Position numbers and translations under genes: made by a program. From the NCBI GenBank assembly GCA_963762565.1, contig CAVXLD010000001.1, positions 224,001-288,000 on the forward strand: a stretch of DNA of 64,000 bases. Reading direction: 5' to 3'. Numbering within the stretch: position 1 is the stretch's first letter; every line of letters begins with the position of its first letter. This stretch comes from an uncultured Verrucomicrobiae bacterium. GTDB lineage: Bacteria > Verrucomicrobiota > Verrucomicrobiia > Chthoniobacterales > JAFAMB01. Below the pieces are notes generated by a model. The model did not search any database. It was not told the origin of the DNA and saw nothing but the letters and a program-made list of their open reading frames with translations. Shown in pieces: positions 1 to 8,901 of the stretch.

Positions 1-42
1 CTCTTTGCTACGGAGTATCTTCGCCTCGCGCGAGCCCGAATC

Positions 43-190
43 CGAATTCGCCTTAGGCTCATCCGGAATGACAAATGACAGATGAAAAATGACAGATTGG
101 GAAATCCTTCGGTCACACGCGTTCTATTTCGGACATTTGTCATCTGTCATTTGTCATTTGTCATTCGAAACGAGCCTCAGGCGAGTTTCG
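43..190. repeat. Family A palindromic element, copy 1 (terminal IR plus inverted TGACARA heptamer arrays around a ~40-nt core)
   Basis: Reads cgaattcgccttaggctc...(tgacaaa/tgacaga)n core (tttgtca/tctgtca)n...gagcctcaggcgagtttcg; near-identical copies at 625-774 and 1518-1655. Confidence 0.9.
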
Positions 191-614
191 CCGTGTACGT
201 ATTCGCAGTGCCAGACAGACACACGACTCCATCCTGATTGCGCACAGTGGTGGCAAGCGTGCAGATCGGTTTGTCGTCACGAACAGTTGTGACTTCAACC
301 CTGCCGGTAATCACATCTCCGACGTAGACTGCTTTAACAAACTTCCATTCTACCCCGAGAAACACCGTGCCGGGGCCAGGGAGATCTTCGGCCACGATCG
401 CGTTCAAAATTCCGGAAGTGATGCCTCCCTGAACGATCAATCCGCCAAACACTGATCTCCCAGCAACTTCGCGGTCATAATGTAACGGATTCCGGTCGCC
501 GGTGATCTCTGTAAATAGCGCGATGTCGCGCTCGCTGACTGTTCGGGATCGCTCTGCCGAATCGCCAACTCTCGGTTTCCCACGAATTGTTCCCGCCCAA
601 CCGTCACTCTTCAT
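177..614 (-). CDS. MaoC-like (hot-dog fold) dehydratase
   Basis: Motif FTEITGDRNPLHYD...GGLIVQG...LPGPGTVF; stop codon lies inside the family A arm. Confidence 0.85.
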   Translation of the reverse strand: MKSDGWAGTIRGKPRVGDSAERSRTVSERDIALFTEITGDRNPLHYDREVAGRSVFGGLIVQGGITSGILNAIVAEDLPGPGTVFLGVEWKFVKAVYVGDVITGRVEVTTVRDDKPICTLATTVRNQDGVVCLSGTANTYTAKLA

Positions 615-624
615 GATGTGACCT

Positions 625-774
625 CCGGACTCGCCTTAGGCTCGTCCGCAATGACAAATGACAAATAACAGATGACAGATTGGGAATTCCTTCGGTCACA
701 CGCATTTCTATTTCGGAGATTTGTCATTTGTAATTTGTCATCTGCCATTCCGAACGAGCCTCAGGCGAGTTCGG
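625..774. repeat. Family A palindromic element, copy 2
   Basis: Same arms, heptamer arrays and core as 43-190. Confidence 0.9.
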
Positions 775-1516
775 CTTCTGTGAGCGCTGCTAACACCCGT
801 TCCTTCCAAGCCGTGAAGGCATGATCCTGTCGAGAACGAGGCCGAGGAAGATCGATCCGAAATTGGCGATGAATTTGTCCGGGGCGTCCCTTGATCACAA
901 CGATGCTGTCGGATAATGCGACCGCTTCTTCAATATCGTGCGTCACGAAAAACATGGTCAACGAATGCCTCGCAAAAAGCTCCATCAAATGGTCTTGCAG
1001 CCGGCTTCGGGTGAGAGCATCGAGGGCGCTAAACGGCTCGTCCAGCAATAGAAGAGATGGTTTTCGCACTAAGGCTCTGGCTATCGCCACCCTTTGAGCC
1101 ATCCCTCCCGACAATTGGCGCGGGTAATAATGGGAGAAGGATTCTAAACCAACTTGCTCCAGAATTTCCTTCGCCAACGCTCCGATCCGGCTATGCCCGG
1201 CCGGGCCGAACCCGAATTCCACATTTTGGCGAACGGTCAGCCACGGCATGAGTCGGGGCTCTTGAAACACGACGCCTAGGTTGGGGCGTTCGGCATTTGG
1301 CGTTTGGCGTTCGGCGTTCGGCGCACGATCGCTATCCCAGCGGATTTCTCCGGAGGTCGGGCGCTCAAGTCCAGCTAGAATCCGCAACAGCGTGCTTTTG
1401 CCCGAGCCGGTCGTACCCACCATCACCGTGACTTGTTGCGGCTCGATCGAAAGCTCAAGATTAGCAATCACCAAAGCGTCACCGTAAGCCTTCGTTATCT
1501 GATCGATTCTTACCAT
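761..1516 (-). CDS. ssuB: Sulfonate/nitrate/taurine-type ABC transporter ATP-binding subunit
   Basis: Walker A GTTGSGKST, VFQEPRLMPW, LSGGMAQRV, LLLLDEPFSALD; start moved to ATG 1516 because the upstream ORF extension is repeat-derived. Confidence 0.85.
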   Translation of the reverse strand: MVRIDQITKAYGDALVIANLELSIEPQQVTVMVGTTGSGKSTLLRILAGLERPTSGEIRWDSDRAPNAERQTPNAERPNLGVVFQEPRLMPWLTVRQNVEFGFGPAGHSRIGALAKEILEQVGLESFSHYYPRQLSGGMAQRVAIARALVRKPSLLLLDEPFSALDALTRSRLQDHLMELFARHSLTMFFVTHDIEEAVALSDSIVVIKGRPGQIHRQFRIDLPRPRSRQDHAFTAWKERVLAALTEAELA

Positions 1517-1517
1517 T

Positions 1518-1655
1518 GAACTCGCTGAGGCTCCTTCAAGATGACAATGACAGATGACAGATGACAAATGTCCGAAATAGACCGCGCGTGACCGAAGGAT
1601 CTCCCAATCTGTCATCTGTCATTTGTCATTCCGAACGAGCCTCAGGCGAGTTCGG
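1518..1655. repeat. Family A palindromic element, copy 3 (core inverted relative to copies 1 and 2)
   Basis: Core tgtccgaaatagaccgcgcgtgaccgaaggatctcccaatc is close to the reverse complement of the copy 1/2 core. Confidence 0.88.
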
Positions 1656-2501
1656 CTGATAGGCGTCCTGCCAGTGCAACGCACGCTCGGAAACCCAGGC
1701 CAAGCATCCGTCAGTCGATTTTCCGCACAGAGCGAATAACAAGATGCTGGTGATCAAAGTGGCGGGACGACCGGTGGTTTGTCCATCGATCAGCAGAAAC
1801 CCGAGACCATGGGTTGCTCCCATGAATTCTGCTGCGACTACAAACATCCAAGCCAGACCTAAACTCTGTCGAAGCCCTACGAAAATGGCCGGTAAACTTG
1901 CGGGGAGAAATATTCTTCGAGCCAAGCTCCACCCCTTGAAGCCGTTCACCAACGCAACCTCAACCAGTTTCCGGTCAACGCTACGGATGCTGCTCACGAG
2001 CGCCAGGTAGAGCGGAAAGAACGCCCCCAGCGCAATCAAGAGGATCTTCGAGGTCTCAAAAATTCCGAACCACAGAATGAAAAGAGGGACCCAAGCATAC
2101 GAAGGTACGCTTCGAATCGCGTGAATGGTCGGGTTGAGTAATCGATACGCGGTTGAGCTAATGCCCGTAACGGTTCCGAGCACTATCGCAACTGCGCTGC
2201 CTAGACCGAAGCCGCTGAAGACTCGGACAAAAGTGGCCCAGAGATGGACCCAGATCTGCCCGCTCCAAAGCAAACGATTGATTTCAGCCAGGATCTCGGT
2301 TGGCGAAGAAGTAATTGTCCGGTCTAACCATCCAAGGCGAGACGCCATTTCCCAGGCGGTTAGTGCGATTGCCGGAACCACAAAACCAAGCAAACTCCAT
2401 CGCCGGCGCCATTTGACAGGAGTCCGGACTCTATCTCTCGCAGTCTTAGATTCCAAGACATCGACTGGCTCAGCGGCAGGGAGCAGCGTAGAAGTCGCCA
2501 T
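1626..2501 (-). CDS. ssuC: Sulfonate-type ABC transporter permease
   Basis: Hydrophobic; AWVPLFILWFGIFETSK, LPASLPAIFVGLR, WMFVVAAE motifs; start taken at MATST (2501). Confidence 0.85.
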   Translation of the reverse strand: MATSTLLPAAEPVDVLESKTARDRVRTPVKWRRRWSLLGFVVPAIALTAWEMASRLGWLDRTITSSPTEILAEINRLLWSGQIWVHLWATFVRVFSGFGLGSAVAIVLGTVTGISSTAYRLLNPTIHAIRSVPSYAWVPLFILWFGIFETSKILLIALGAFFPLYLALVSSIRSVDRKLVEVALVNGFKGWSLARRIFLPASLPAIFVGLRQSLGLAWMFVVAAEFMGATHGLGFLLIDGQTTGRPATLITSILLFALCGKSTDGCLAWVSERALHWQDAYQPNSPEARSE

Positions 2502-2517
2502 TTCTTGGTCCCCTCTT

Positions 2518-2807
2518 GTGTCCTGTCCCATAAGTAACATGGCTTTCGCCGTCGGCCAGTTGGCTGTTTTTCAAGGCGCGAGCGAAGCGCCCATATCTGG
2601 TTCATACGGGTCGAGCGAGCAACGCGGAAAAACAGCCAACTGGCCACGGCCCGGAGGGTTGCGATGAAAATGGGCCGGCGGCTGCGTTGCTCGTCGGTTA
2701 CGTATCGATCAAGATATGCGCCCTCTACCGCCAGTCCGGCTCGGACCGCCTTGCCGGCGGCCCATTTTGATCGCAACGAAAGCCATGTTACTTATGGGAC
2801 AGGACAC
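2518..2807. mobile_element. Family B 290-bp MITE-like element, copy 1
   Basis: 31-bp perfect terminal IR gtgtcctgtcccataagtaacatggctttcg, two internal hairpins, no plausible transposase ORF; second copy of the same length at 7852-8141. Confidence 0.85.
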
Positions 2808-3907
2808 TAGTTGGCAGTCGCGATCCGATCCGCAAACGAGGGATCGAGCAATTCATTCACGATCCTGTCCACGTCGGTGTTGGGATCGATGATTCCGTTC
2901 GCTTTCAAGGCGTTGGCGGAATCCAGAATAACCTGGCGCTGAGTCGCTCCGAGCCGCGAATCCTTCAGGTTGGTCCTTTCCCACACCTTCTCCGCAACGG
3001 CCGGGCTTAATTGAGCCGCTGACTGTAGGATGGTACGCGCTTCGTCCGAATGATCCAGGCACCACAGGCGGGCTTTCTCATAAGTTCGGAGAACGCGCTC
3101 AGTAATATCCGGATGCTCGAAAGCGAAAGCTTCCCGTACGTTCAATACCCCGAAACTGTTCCAATCCGCTCGGCGAAAAAACAGCTTAAATCCCTTGTCG
3201 ACCTCTAGCTGTGCCATGTACGGATCCAGCCCGGCCCAAGCATCGACCTGCCCCCGTTCCAACGCGACTTTGCCGTCGGGATGCTGCAAAGGTACAACCT
3301 GGATATCCTTTTCGCTCAACCCAGCGGAGGCGAGTGACCGCAAAAGAAAAATATGAGGATCAGTTCCGCGAGTCACGGCCACGCGTTTGCCACGCAGATC
3401 TTCGATCCGCGTTATTCCGGAGCTTGGGCTTGTTACCAGCGCGGTCCATTCGGGCGCAGAATAAACGTAAATCGCTTTGATTGGGTTGCCGTTTGCTCGC
3501 CCGATAAATGCCGCCGCTCCCGCGGTTGAGCCGAAGTCGACACTTTTGCCCCTTAGATACTCCAGCGCTTTGTTACTACCCAGGCTCTGCACCCACTCCA
3601 CCTTGATGCCGCTTGAGCCCAGATCCTCCTCTAGCCATTTCTTGTCCTTGAGCACCAGGCTAATCGGATTGTAGTACGCCCAATCGACTCGAACGGTGTC
3701 GACGCTTCCGGCCTTGGAAAATTCGCCAAACCAGAGCGACCCAAACAAACACATAAGGGACAAAATCGAGCTCAGGCGACCTCGCCTCGGTGATGGCTTA
3801 GTTGTGTCACCGTACGCGCGAGGGGGATTGTACCTCGGGCTGCCATGCCTGGAAGATCGAAGTCGGACGGAAAGAATACTGTGCTGATAGGGTTTCACCC
3901 TCCCCAT
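2807..3907 (-). CDS. ssuA: Aliphatic sulfonate ABC transporter substrate-binding protein
   Basis: DWAYYNPISLVLK, GSNKALE, VAVTRGTDPHIFL, DAWAGLDP motifs; true start uncertain and may lie further downstream. Confidence 0.85.
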   Translation of the reverse strand: MGRVKPYQHSILSVRLRSSRHGSPRYNPPRAYGDTTKPSPRRGRLSSILSLMCLFGSLWFGEFSKAGSVDTVRVDWAYYNPISLVLKDKKWLEEDLGSSGIKVEWVQSLGSNKALEYLRGKSVDFGSTAGAAAFIGRANGNPIKAIYVYSAPEWTALVTSPSSGITRIEDLRGKRVAVTRGTDPHIFLLRSLASAGLSEKDIQVVPLQHPDGKVALERGQVDAWAGLDPYMAQLEVDKGFKLFFRRADWNSFGVLNVREAFAFEHPDITERVLRTYEKARLWCLDHSDEARTILQSAAQLSPAVAEKVWERTNLKDSRLGATQRQVILDSANALKANGIIDPNTDVDRIVNELLDPSFADRIATAN

Positions 3908-3973
3908 CTCTAGATGTAATCCGCCCGAACGCAAGCCGTTTCGCGCCTAGCGCAGGCGAGCCGGTCACGACTT

Positions 3974-4177
3974 GGAGGGGAGCCGCTTTGGAATTTTGCG
4001 GATCCGTAAGTTGGCAGCAAGCGGCTCCCGGGAACGGTCCAGGGCTGGGCAGCTCTGTGACGGCTTCAAATCGATGCTTGCAACCGGGTTCTTCCGCCGT
4101 GCCTCACATTGGGTAATTCCCGGGAGCCGCTTGCTACCAACCTACAGATCTGCCACGCTACAAAGCGGCTCCCCTCC
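3974..4177. repeat. Family C REPIN-like doublet, copy 1
   Basis: ggaggggagccgctttg...gcggctcccgggaa...ttcccgggagccgc...caaagcggctcccctcc; five copies in the window. Confidence 0.9.
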
Positions 4178-4303
4178 AGTCCTTGGGCGTGCGACGCCAC
4201 CGGGCTGATTGCGATGACGAGAACGAAGATGATCGCGCCACAGTGATCACTCACTCCTTGCAAGCCCAGCAGCTCCAGGCCACGGTTTGGCAGACCTAAA
4301 GTT

Positions 4304-5338
4304 ATGATGAACTATCGTTTACTCGGTCGGAGCGGGCTGCGAGTTTCGGAGCTCTGCTTAGGAACCATGACCTTCGGGGAAGATTGGGGTTGGGGAGCTC
4401 CCAAGGATGAAGCACGGAAAATCTACGACGCGTTTCGCGAAGCCGGCGGCAATTTTATCGATACGGCTAACGTTTATACGCAGGGTTCGAGCGAAACCTT
4501 TCTCGGCGAGTTCTTTTCGGAACACCGTGATAGCGTGGTTCTCGCCACGAAATACACCAATGCGCTAACCACCAATGACCCGAATGCCGGGGGAAACCAG
4601 CGCAAGAATATGATGCAAGCCGTTGAAGGCAGTTTGCGTCGCCTGAAAACCGATTACATCGACCTCTATTGGCTTCATATCTGGGATCAAATGACGCCAG
4701 TTGAAGAAGTGATGCGCGCCTTCGATGACCTGGTTCGCCAAGGTAAAGTCCTTTATGTCGGCGTTTCCGATGCACCTGCCTGGTGGATCAGTAAAGCGAA
4801 TACGATCGCTGAGCTCCGTGGATGGTCGCCCTTCGTCGGTCTGCAGATTGAGTATTCACTGATCGAACGTACGGTCGAACGGGAGCTGATTCCGGCAGCG
4901 AAACATCTTGGGCTCACGGTCACCGCCTGGTCACCTTTAGCGGGTGGCGTTCTCACCGGCAAATATGCGTCAGGCGAAGCCACCGACTCCCGTTATTCTA
5001 CCGAAATGATGAAACAATGGTTACCAGAGCAAACTCGGACTGCTCGCATCGTTGAGGCTCTTCAGAATGTCAGTAAACAGACCGGACGGAGTAAAGCCCA
5101 GATCGCATTGGCTTGGCTGCGACATCGCGCCGTCCCGGTTATCCCTATTGTGGGCGCCCGCAAACTGACTCAGCTTGAAGACAACATCGCCAGTCTGACA
5201 CTCACTCTCACTCCGGACCAACTGGCCTTATTGGATGAGGCCAGTCAGATCGAGCTCGGTTTCCCGTACCACTTCTACGCTAACGAGATGGTCCGCACGT
5301 TCGTGTACGGCGGTGTAAGGGACCACATAATCACGTGA
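4304..5338 (+). CDS. Aldo/keto reductase
   Basis: LGRSGLRVSELCLGTMTFG, IDTANVY, SLRRLKTDYIDLY, WSPLAGG motifs. Confidence 0.92.
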   Translation: MMNYRLLGRSGLRVSELCLGTMTFGEDWGWGAPKDEARKIYDAFREAGGNFIDTANVYTQGSSETFLGEFFSEHRDSVVLATKYTNALTTNDPNAGGNQRKNMMQAVEGSLRRLKTDYIDLYWLHIWDQMTPVEEVMRAFDDLVRQGKVLYVGVSDAPAWWISKANTIAELRGWSPFVGLQIEYSLIERTVERELIPAAKHLGLTVTAWSPLAGGVLTGKYASGEATDSRYSTEMMKQWLPEQTRTARIVEALQNVSKQTGRSKAQIALAWLRHRAVPVIPIVGARKLTQLEDNIASLTLTLTPDQLALLDEASQIELGFPYHFYANEMVRTFVYGGVRDHIIT

Positions 5339-5632
5339 TTAGTGATTAGTGATTGGCGATGGCGCTGGTCGGGCGAGGCTCCCGAAAGAACTAAAGTCTC
5401 TAACGAAGATCCAGACGTTTCGGCCTGAAAGAGTTTGTTAGGCCGATCGGTGTGCCGAGCCGTGGTTCCGCGCGTAACCCGGCTCGGCGCGTTGCTAGAA
5501 GTAGCATGCCTTCTTAATTCGGAATGCGAAGGGAGATGGAAAATCACAGAGTCTTTCGGGAGCCTCGCCCTACCAACGGCGTCTCATCCACCATCACCTC
5601 TCACCAATCACCAATCACTTCTCACCTTCTCC
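5335..5632. repeat. Family D REP-doublet element (5366-5575) nested within inverted heptamer arrays (gtgatta / tcaccaa-tcacttc)
   Basis: ggtcgggcgaggctcccgaa...gccgagccg...cggctcggc...ttcgggagcctcgccctacc, flanked by heptamer tandems. Confidence 0.85.
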
Positions 5633-5633
5633 G

Positions 5634-6044
5634 TCACTCCCCGGCCGCGAGATAATCTCCTTCGACGTGCACAATCTCGATCAGATTGTTGAACGGATCC
5701 CGAGTAAAAAACCGGGGACGAAATGGTAATGCCCTCGTTTCGATGATCTGGTAACCAGCTGCCTTGAGTCTTGTCCGATAATCATCCAAATCATTGACCT
5801 CGATGCAGAAATGCGGGGACCAATCCCCCGGCACTGATCGTGCCTCCGGAACACAATGAAGCTCGACACCTTCTTCTCCGGTATAAAACCAAATCCAACC
5901 TAACGGTTTGACGACTTTAGGAATCGGCTTTTCCCGAAAGCCCATCACCTCGACATAAAATTTCCGCAAAAAGTTCTCCTCTCCTGGAGGAAAAATAATC
6001 GTGACATGCTGGAACTTTGGTGTCGCGGCGGTCGTCGTGCTCAT
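5634..6044 (-). CDS. VOC/glyoxalase family protein
   Basis: QHVTI...FYVEVMGF...ELH...HFCIEV...FTRDPFNNLIE. Confidence 0.85.
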   Translation of the reverse strand: MSTTTAATPKFQHVTIIFPPGEENFLRKFYVEVMGFREKPIPKVVKPLGWIWFYTGEEGVELHCVPEARSVPGDWSPHFCIEVNDLDDYRTRLKAAGYQIIETRALPFRPRFFTRDPFNNLIEIVHVEGDYLAAGE

Positions 6045-6222
6045 ACGCCAACATCTAGTGCGTCCCAGCGGTCTGCAAGCCTGCTGAGCAGCTTTACTTT
6101 TTGGCTAGTACTATTACTTGTTCCAGATTCGCCTAGCTGCCGCCGCCTCAGAGATGCGCTTGCGGAACTTGTCGCGCGGCGCCACAGGCGGCCATGACAG
6201 TTTGAGAAAGGAATCAGTATCT

Positions 6223-6603
6223 ATGTATCCAACTCGATTAATTGAATACCAGGACGCCTCCGCCGAAGTCCGCCAGGTCTACGATGACATCATGGCTACT
6301 CGCAAGGTCGACAAAGTGAATAATTTCTGGAAGGCGCTGGCCAACCATCCCACCACTCTGCGACGAACTTGGGAGAGCATAAAAGAGGTGATGACGCCAG
6401 GTGAATTGGATCCGTTAACTAAAGAACTAATTTATATGGCGGTGAGCGTTACGAACAACTGTGAATACTGCATCCATTCGCATACTAAGGCAGCCACTAA
6501 GTTGGGCCTTTCCCCGCAAGCGTTCGGAGAATTGTTAGCAGTGATCGGCATGGCCAATGAGACCAATCGTTTGGCGAATGGCTATCAAGTCCCGGTCGAT
6601 TAG
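6223..6603 (+). CDS. Carboxymuconolactone decarboxylase / AhpD-like protein
   Basis: KELIYMAVSVTNNCEYCIHSH (CxxC); RBS aaagga before ATG 6223. Confidence 0.85.
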   Translation: MYPTRLIEYQDASAEVRQVYDDIMATRKVDKVNNFWKALANHPTTLRRTWESIKEVMTPGELDPLTKELIYMAVSVTNNCEYCIHSHTKAATKLGLSPQAFGELLAVIGMANETNRLANGYQVPVD

Positions 6604-6715
6604 CGTCTCAGGAGCGCGCTTGAGGCCTTGACCAGAAACAGCATCAACCAGAATGGCTCTCCGCTGGTTTGTATGCGGATCGCGTGCATTGGAAGGGTCC
6701 GCTGCAGGGGCAGAC

Positions 6716-6745
6716 TTCGTGTTAATTCGCGTCAATTCCGCGGTT
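6716..6745. repeat. Family F 10-mer tandem (ttcgtg/ttcgcg...ggtt type)
   Basis: ttcgtgttaattcgcgtcaattccgcggtt; similar arrays at 29130-29143 and 43388-43420. Confidence 0.55.
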
Positions 6746-6812
6746 AACGACGTTGTCTTTTACCATCATATCGGCTACCTTAGTGAAGGTTGGTTAGTCA
6801 GGGGAAATTGGT

Positions 6813-7802
6813 ATGGACCGGTTTTTCGTTGAGACTAGACGGGTAAGAACGTATGTTCAAACCCGAGGGACGGGCGTGCCGCTCGTCTTTATCCACGGTG
6901 CTCTGTTAAACTCCGACCTGTGGACCCACCAAATCGAGACCTTCTCGGATCTATTTCAGGTTGTTGCCTACGATTTGCGTGGACACGGACGCACTGGTCC
7001 GTCCGATTTGAAACGCTATACAACCGGTACTTTCGCCGATGATCTGGCCGAGATTCTCGACGCCTTAGAACTTAGCCGGCCGATCGTGTGCGGCCTCTCT
7101 ATGGGCGGTATGATTGCACAAAGCTTTGCCGCCAAATATCCGGAGCGAGTGCGCGCGCTCGTGCTATGCGATACCGGGGTATCAACCTGCCATTATTTAA
7201 CCGACAGAATCTTGAACCAGGCCATCGGATTGGTGACACCGACAGCAACGCTTCTAGGGGTTCCAGAGTTCCGCCGGTTCACCCATTTGGTCAACCAATG
7301 CTTCGGCGATCATAGTTGGGTGGCTCAGACTGAAAAAAGCATCAATTTCGTGGCGAAGGCTGTCGGAATGGTTAAGCCCCAAGAAGTCGCCAAGATCGTC
7401 ACTGCTCTCCGGAAGTTTGACAGTTCTCCACTCTACCGGCCTAAGATCCCGGCACTGATTCTCAATGGAGAAAGCGATTCTCCCTTTATTCTTCGGCACG
7501 CTAAGATACTGCAGGATGCTTACGTAGGATCCAATTATCGAACCATTCCGAAAGCAGGCCATTTAGCAAACCTTGATAACCCCGTGATTTTTGATTTGAG
7601 GTTGTTAGAATTTTTGACGGAACTATCCGCTAAGCCAGCTAGAGAGTTTGCAGTGATGGCTTGGCTGGCCCACACTTTGGCTCGCGGGCGCAGCCTGATT
7701 CAAACTTTTACTTCCAAGAAAAGCTCGACCGTTCAGGAGTATAACGGGCCGCTCTTAGAGACGAAGGAGAGGAGTCAGGCACCAGACCTGCGCCCTCGTT
7801 AG
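6813..7802 (+). CDS. Alpha/beta hydrolase
   Basis: VFIHG, YDLRGHG, GLSMGG nucleophile elbow, AGHLAN. Confidence 0.88.
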   Translation: MDRFFVETRRVRTYVQTRGTGVPLVFIHGALLNSDLWTHQIETFSDLFQVVAYDLRGHGRTGPSDLKRYTTGTFADDLAEILDALELSRPIVCGLSMGGMIAQSFAAKYPERVRALVLCDTGVSTCHYLTDRILNQAIGLVTPTATLLGVPEFRRFTHLVNQCFGDHSWVAQTEKSINFVAKAVGMVKPQEVAKIVTALRKFDSSPLYRPKIPALILNGESDSPFILRHAKILQDAYVGSNYRTIPKAGHLANLDNPVIFDLRLLEFLTELSAKPAREFAVMAWLAHTLARGRSLIQTFTSKKSSTVQEYNGPLLETKERSQAPDLRPR

Positions 7803-7851
7803 CACACTATTTCTACTCGCTGACGGCGATTCCTGCGGCTTCAGAACGTTA

Positions 7852-8141
7852 GTGTGCTGTCCCATAAATAACATGGCTTTCGCCGTCGGTCAGTTGGCTG
7901 TTTTTCAAGGCGCGAGCGAAGCGCCCATATCTGGTTCATACGGGTCGAGCGAGCAACGCGGAAAAACAGCCAACTGGCCTCGGCCCGGAGGGTTGCGATG
8001 AAAATGGGCCGGCGGCTGCGTTGCTCGTCGGTTACGTATCGATCTAGATATGCGCCCCTTACCGCCAGTCCGGCTCGGACCGCCTTACCGGCGGCCCATT
8101 TTGATCACAACGAAAGCCATGTTATTTATGGGACAGCACAC
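7852..8141. mobile_element. Family B 290-bp MITE-like element, copy 2
   Basis: Terminal IR gtgtgctgtcccataaataacatggctttcg flanked by TA on both sides; about a dozen substitutions versus copy 1 by eye. Confidence 0.88.
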
Positions 8142-8150
8142 TAGGAGCGC

Positions 8151-8636
8151 TCACTTGTCCAGGTTAGTCGGTTCTGTCAACCGAGTCGCTTGCTCTTTTT
8201 GAGCTTGCACCGTCAGTCGATCCAGGGCACCGGTACCCTCTGGCTGTTTTACGTCGGCCTCGCGATCCACCGATTTAGTATCCTTCGCGTCTTGCTGGTC
8301 CGGCTGCTTTTTATCACCGCTACGACCGCTATTTGTCGTCTGGGCTACGTGATTCTCGCCATCCCGAATTGTTGACGCTTCCGGATCACGCCGGCGATTC
8401 TGCGGAGCAATGGTCGAGTGGAATGATCGATTTGCTGGGGTAATCGAGTGAAGACCATTGGCAGATCTGACATAAATCACTCGATCTTCCCGACCGCCTA
8501 CCACTATGACCCGCTTGACGATTACACGAGTTGCCACCGTCGGGACGGTAGGAACCTGATCGTCATCAGCCTTTGCAATTGCGCATAGGCAAAGGCCCAC
8601 GCTTAGCCCAGTTATAAGAAGTCGCGCTTTCTTCAT
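8151..8636 (-). CDS. Hypothetical secreted protein with low-complexity charged C-terminus
   Basis: Signal-like MKKARLLITGLSVGLCLCAIAKA; ggagaag RBS upstream. Confidence 0.6.
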   Translation of the reverse strand: MKKARLLITGLSVGLCLCAIAKADDDQVPTVPTVATRVIVKRVIVVGGREDRVIYVRSANGLHSITPANRSFHSTIAPQNRRRDPEASTIRDGENHVAQTTNSGRSGDKKQPDQQDAKDTKSVDREADVKQPEGTGALDRLTVQAQKEQATRLTEPTNLDK

Positions 8637-8779
8637 TAGATCTTCTCCAAATATCTGCATGCATCTCCGCGCCAACCGCCAAAGTCCTTGCCGGAGATCA
8701 CCCAATCTTATTTCGCTTCCGCGCATCACCTTGGACTTGCATTGACATCGAGCAAACCGAAACCACCCACGCTCGCTCC

Positions 8780-8885
8780 TGAACTCCCCGACTCCGCAAA
8801 GCCTACGTCGCGGCAAGCCTTGAACTCCCCGACTTCGCAGAGCCTACGTCGCGGCAGGCCTTGAACTCCTTGAACTCCTTGAGCT
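8780..8885. repeat. Two tandem 41-bp units followed by tgaactcct 9-mers
   Basis: 8780-8820 and 8821-8861 differ at 3 positions; each unit is a 9-mer plus a small hairpin. Confidence 0.8.
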
Positions 8886-8901
8886 ACCGTCTGCCTTGGG
8901 A

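Noticed and set aside
89..292. ORF starting MTDWEILRS, echoed at the N-terminus of ORF 761..1615
   Set aside because: Both are translations of the family A repeat core, not a gene family
2360..2776. ORFs across the family B element as a possible transposase
   Set aside because: Short, no DDE or HUH motifs, and they overlap ssuC
8780..8885. Possible CRISPR array (41-bp direct repeats)
   Set aside because: Units are directly adjacent with no unique spacers, there are only two, and no cas genes are present
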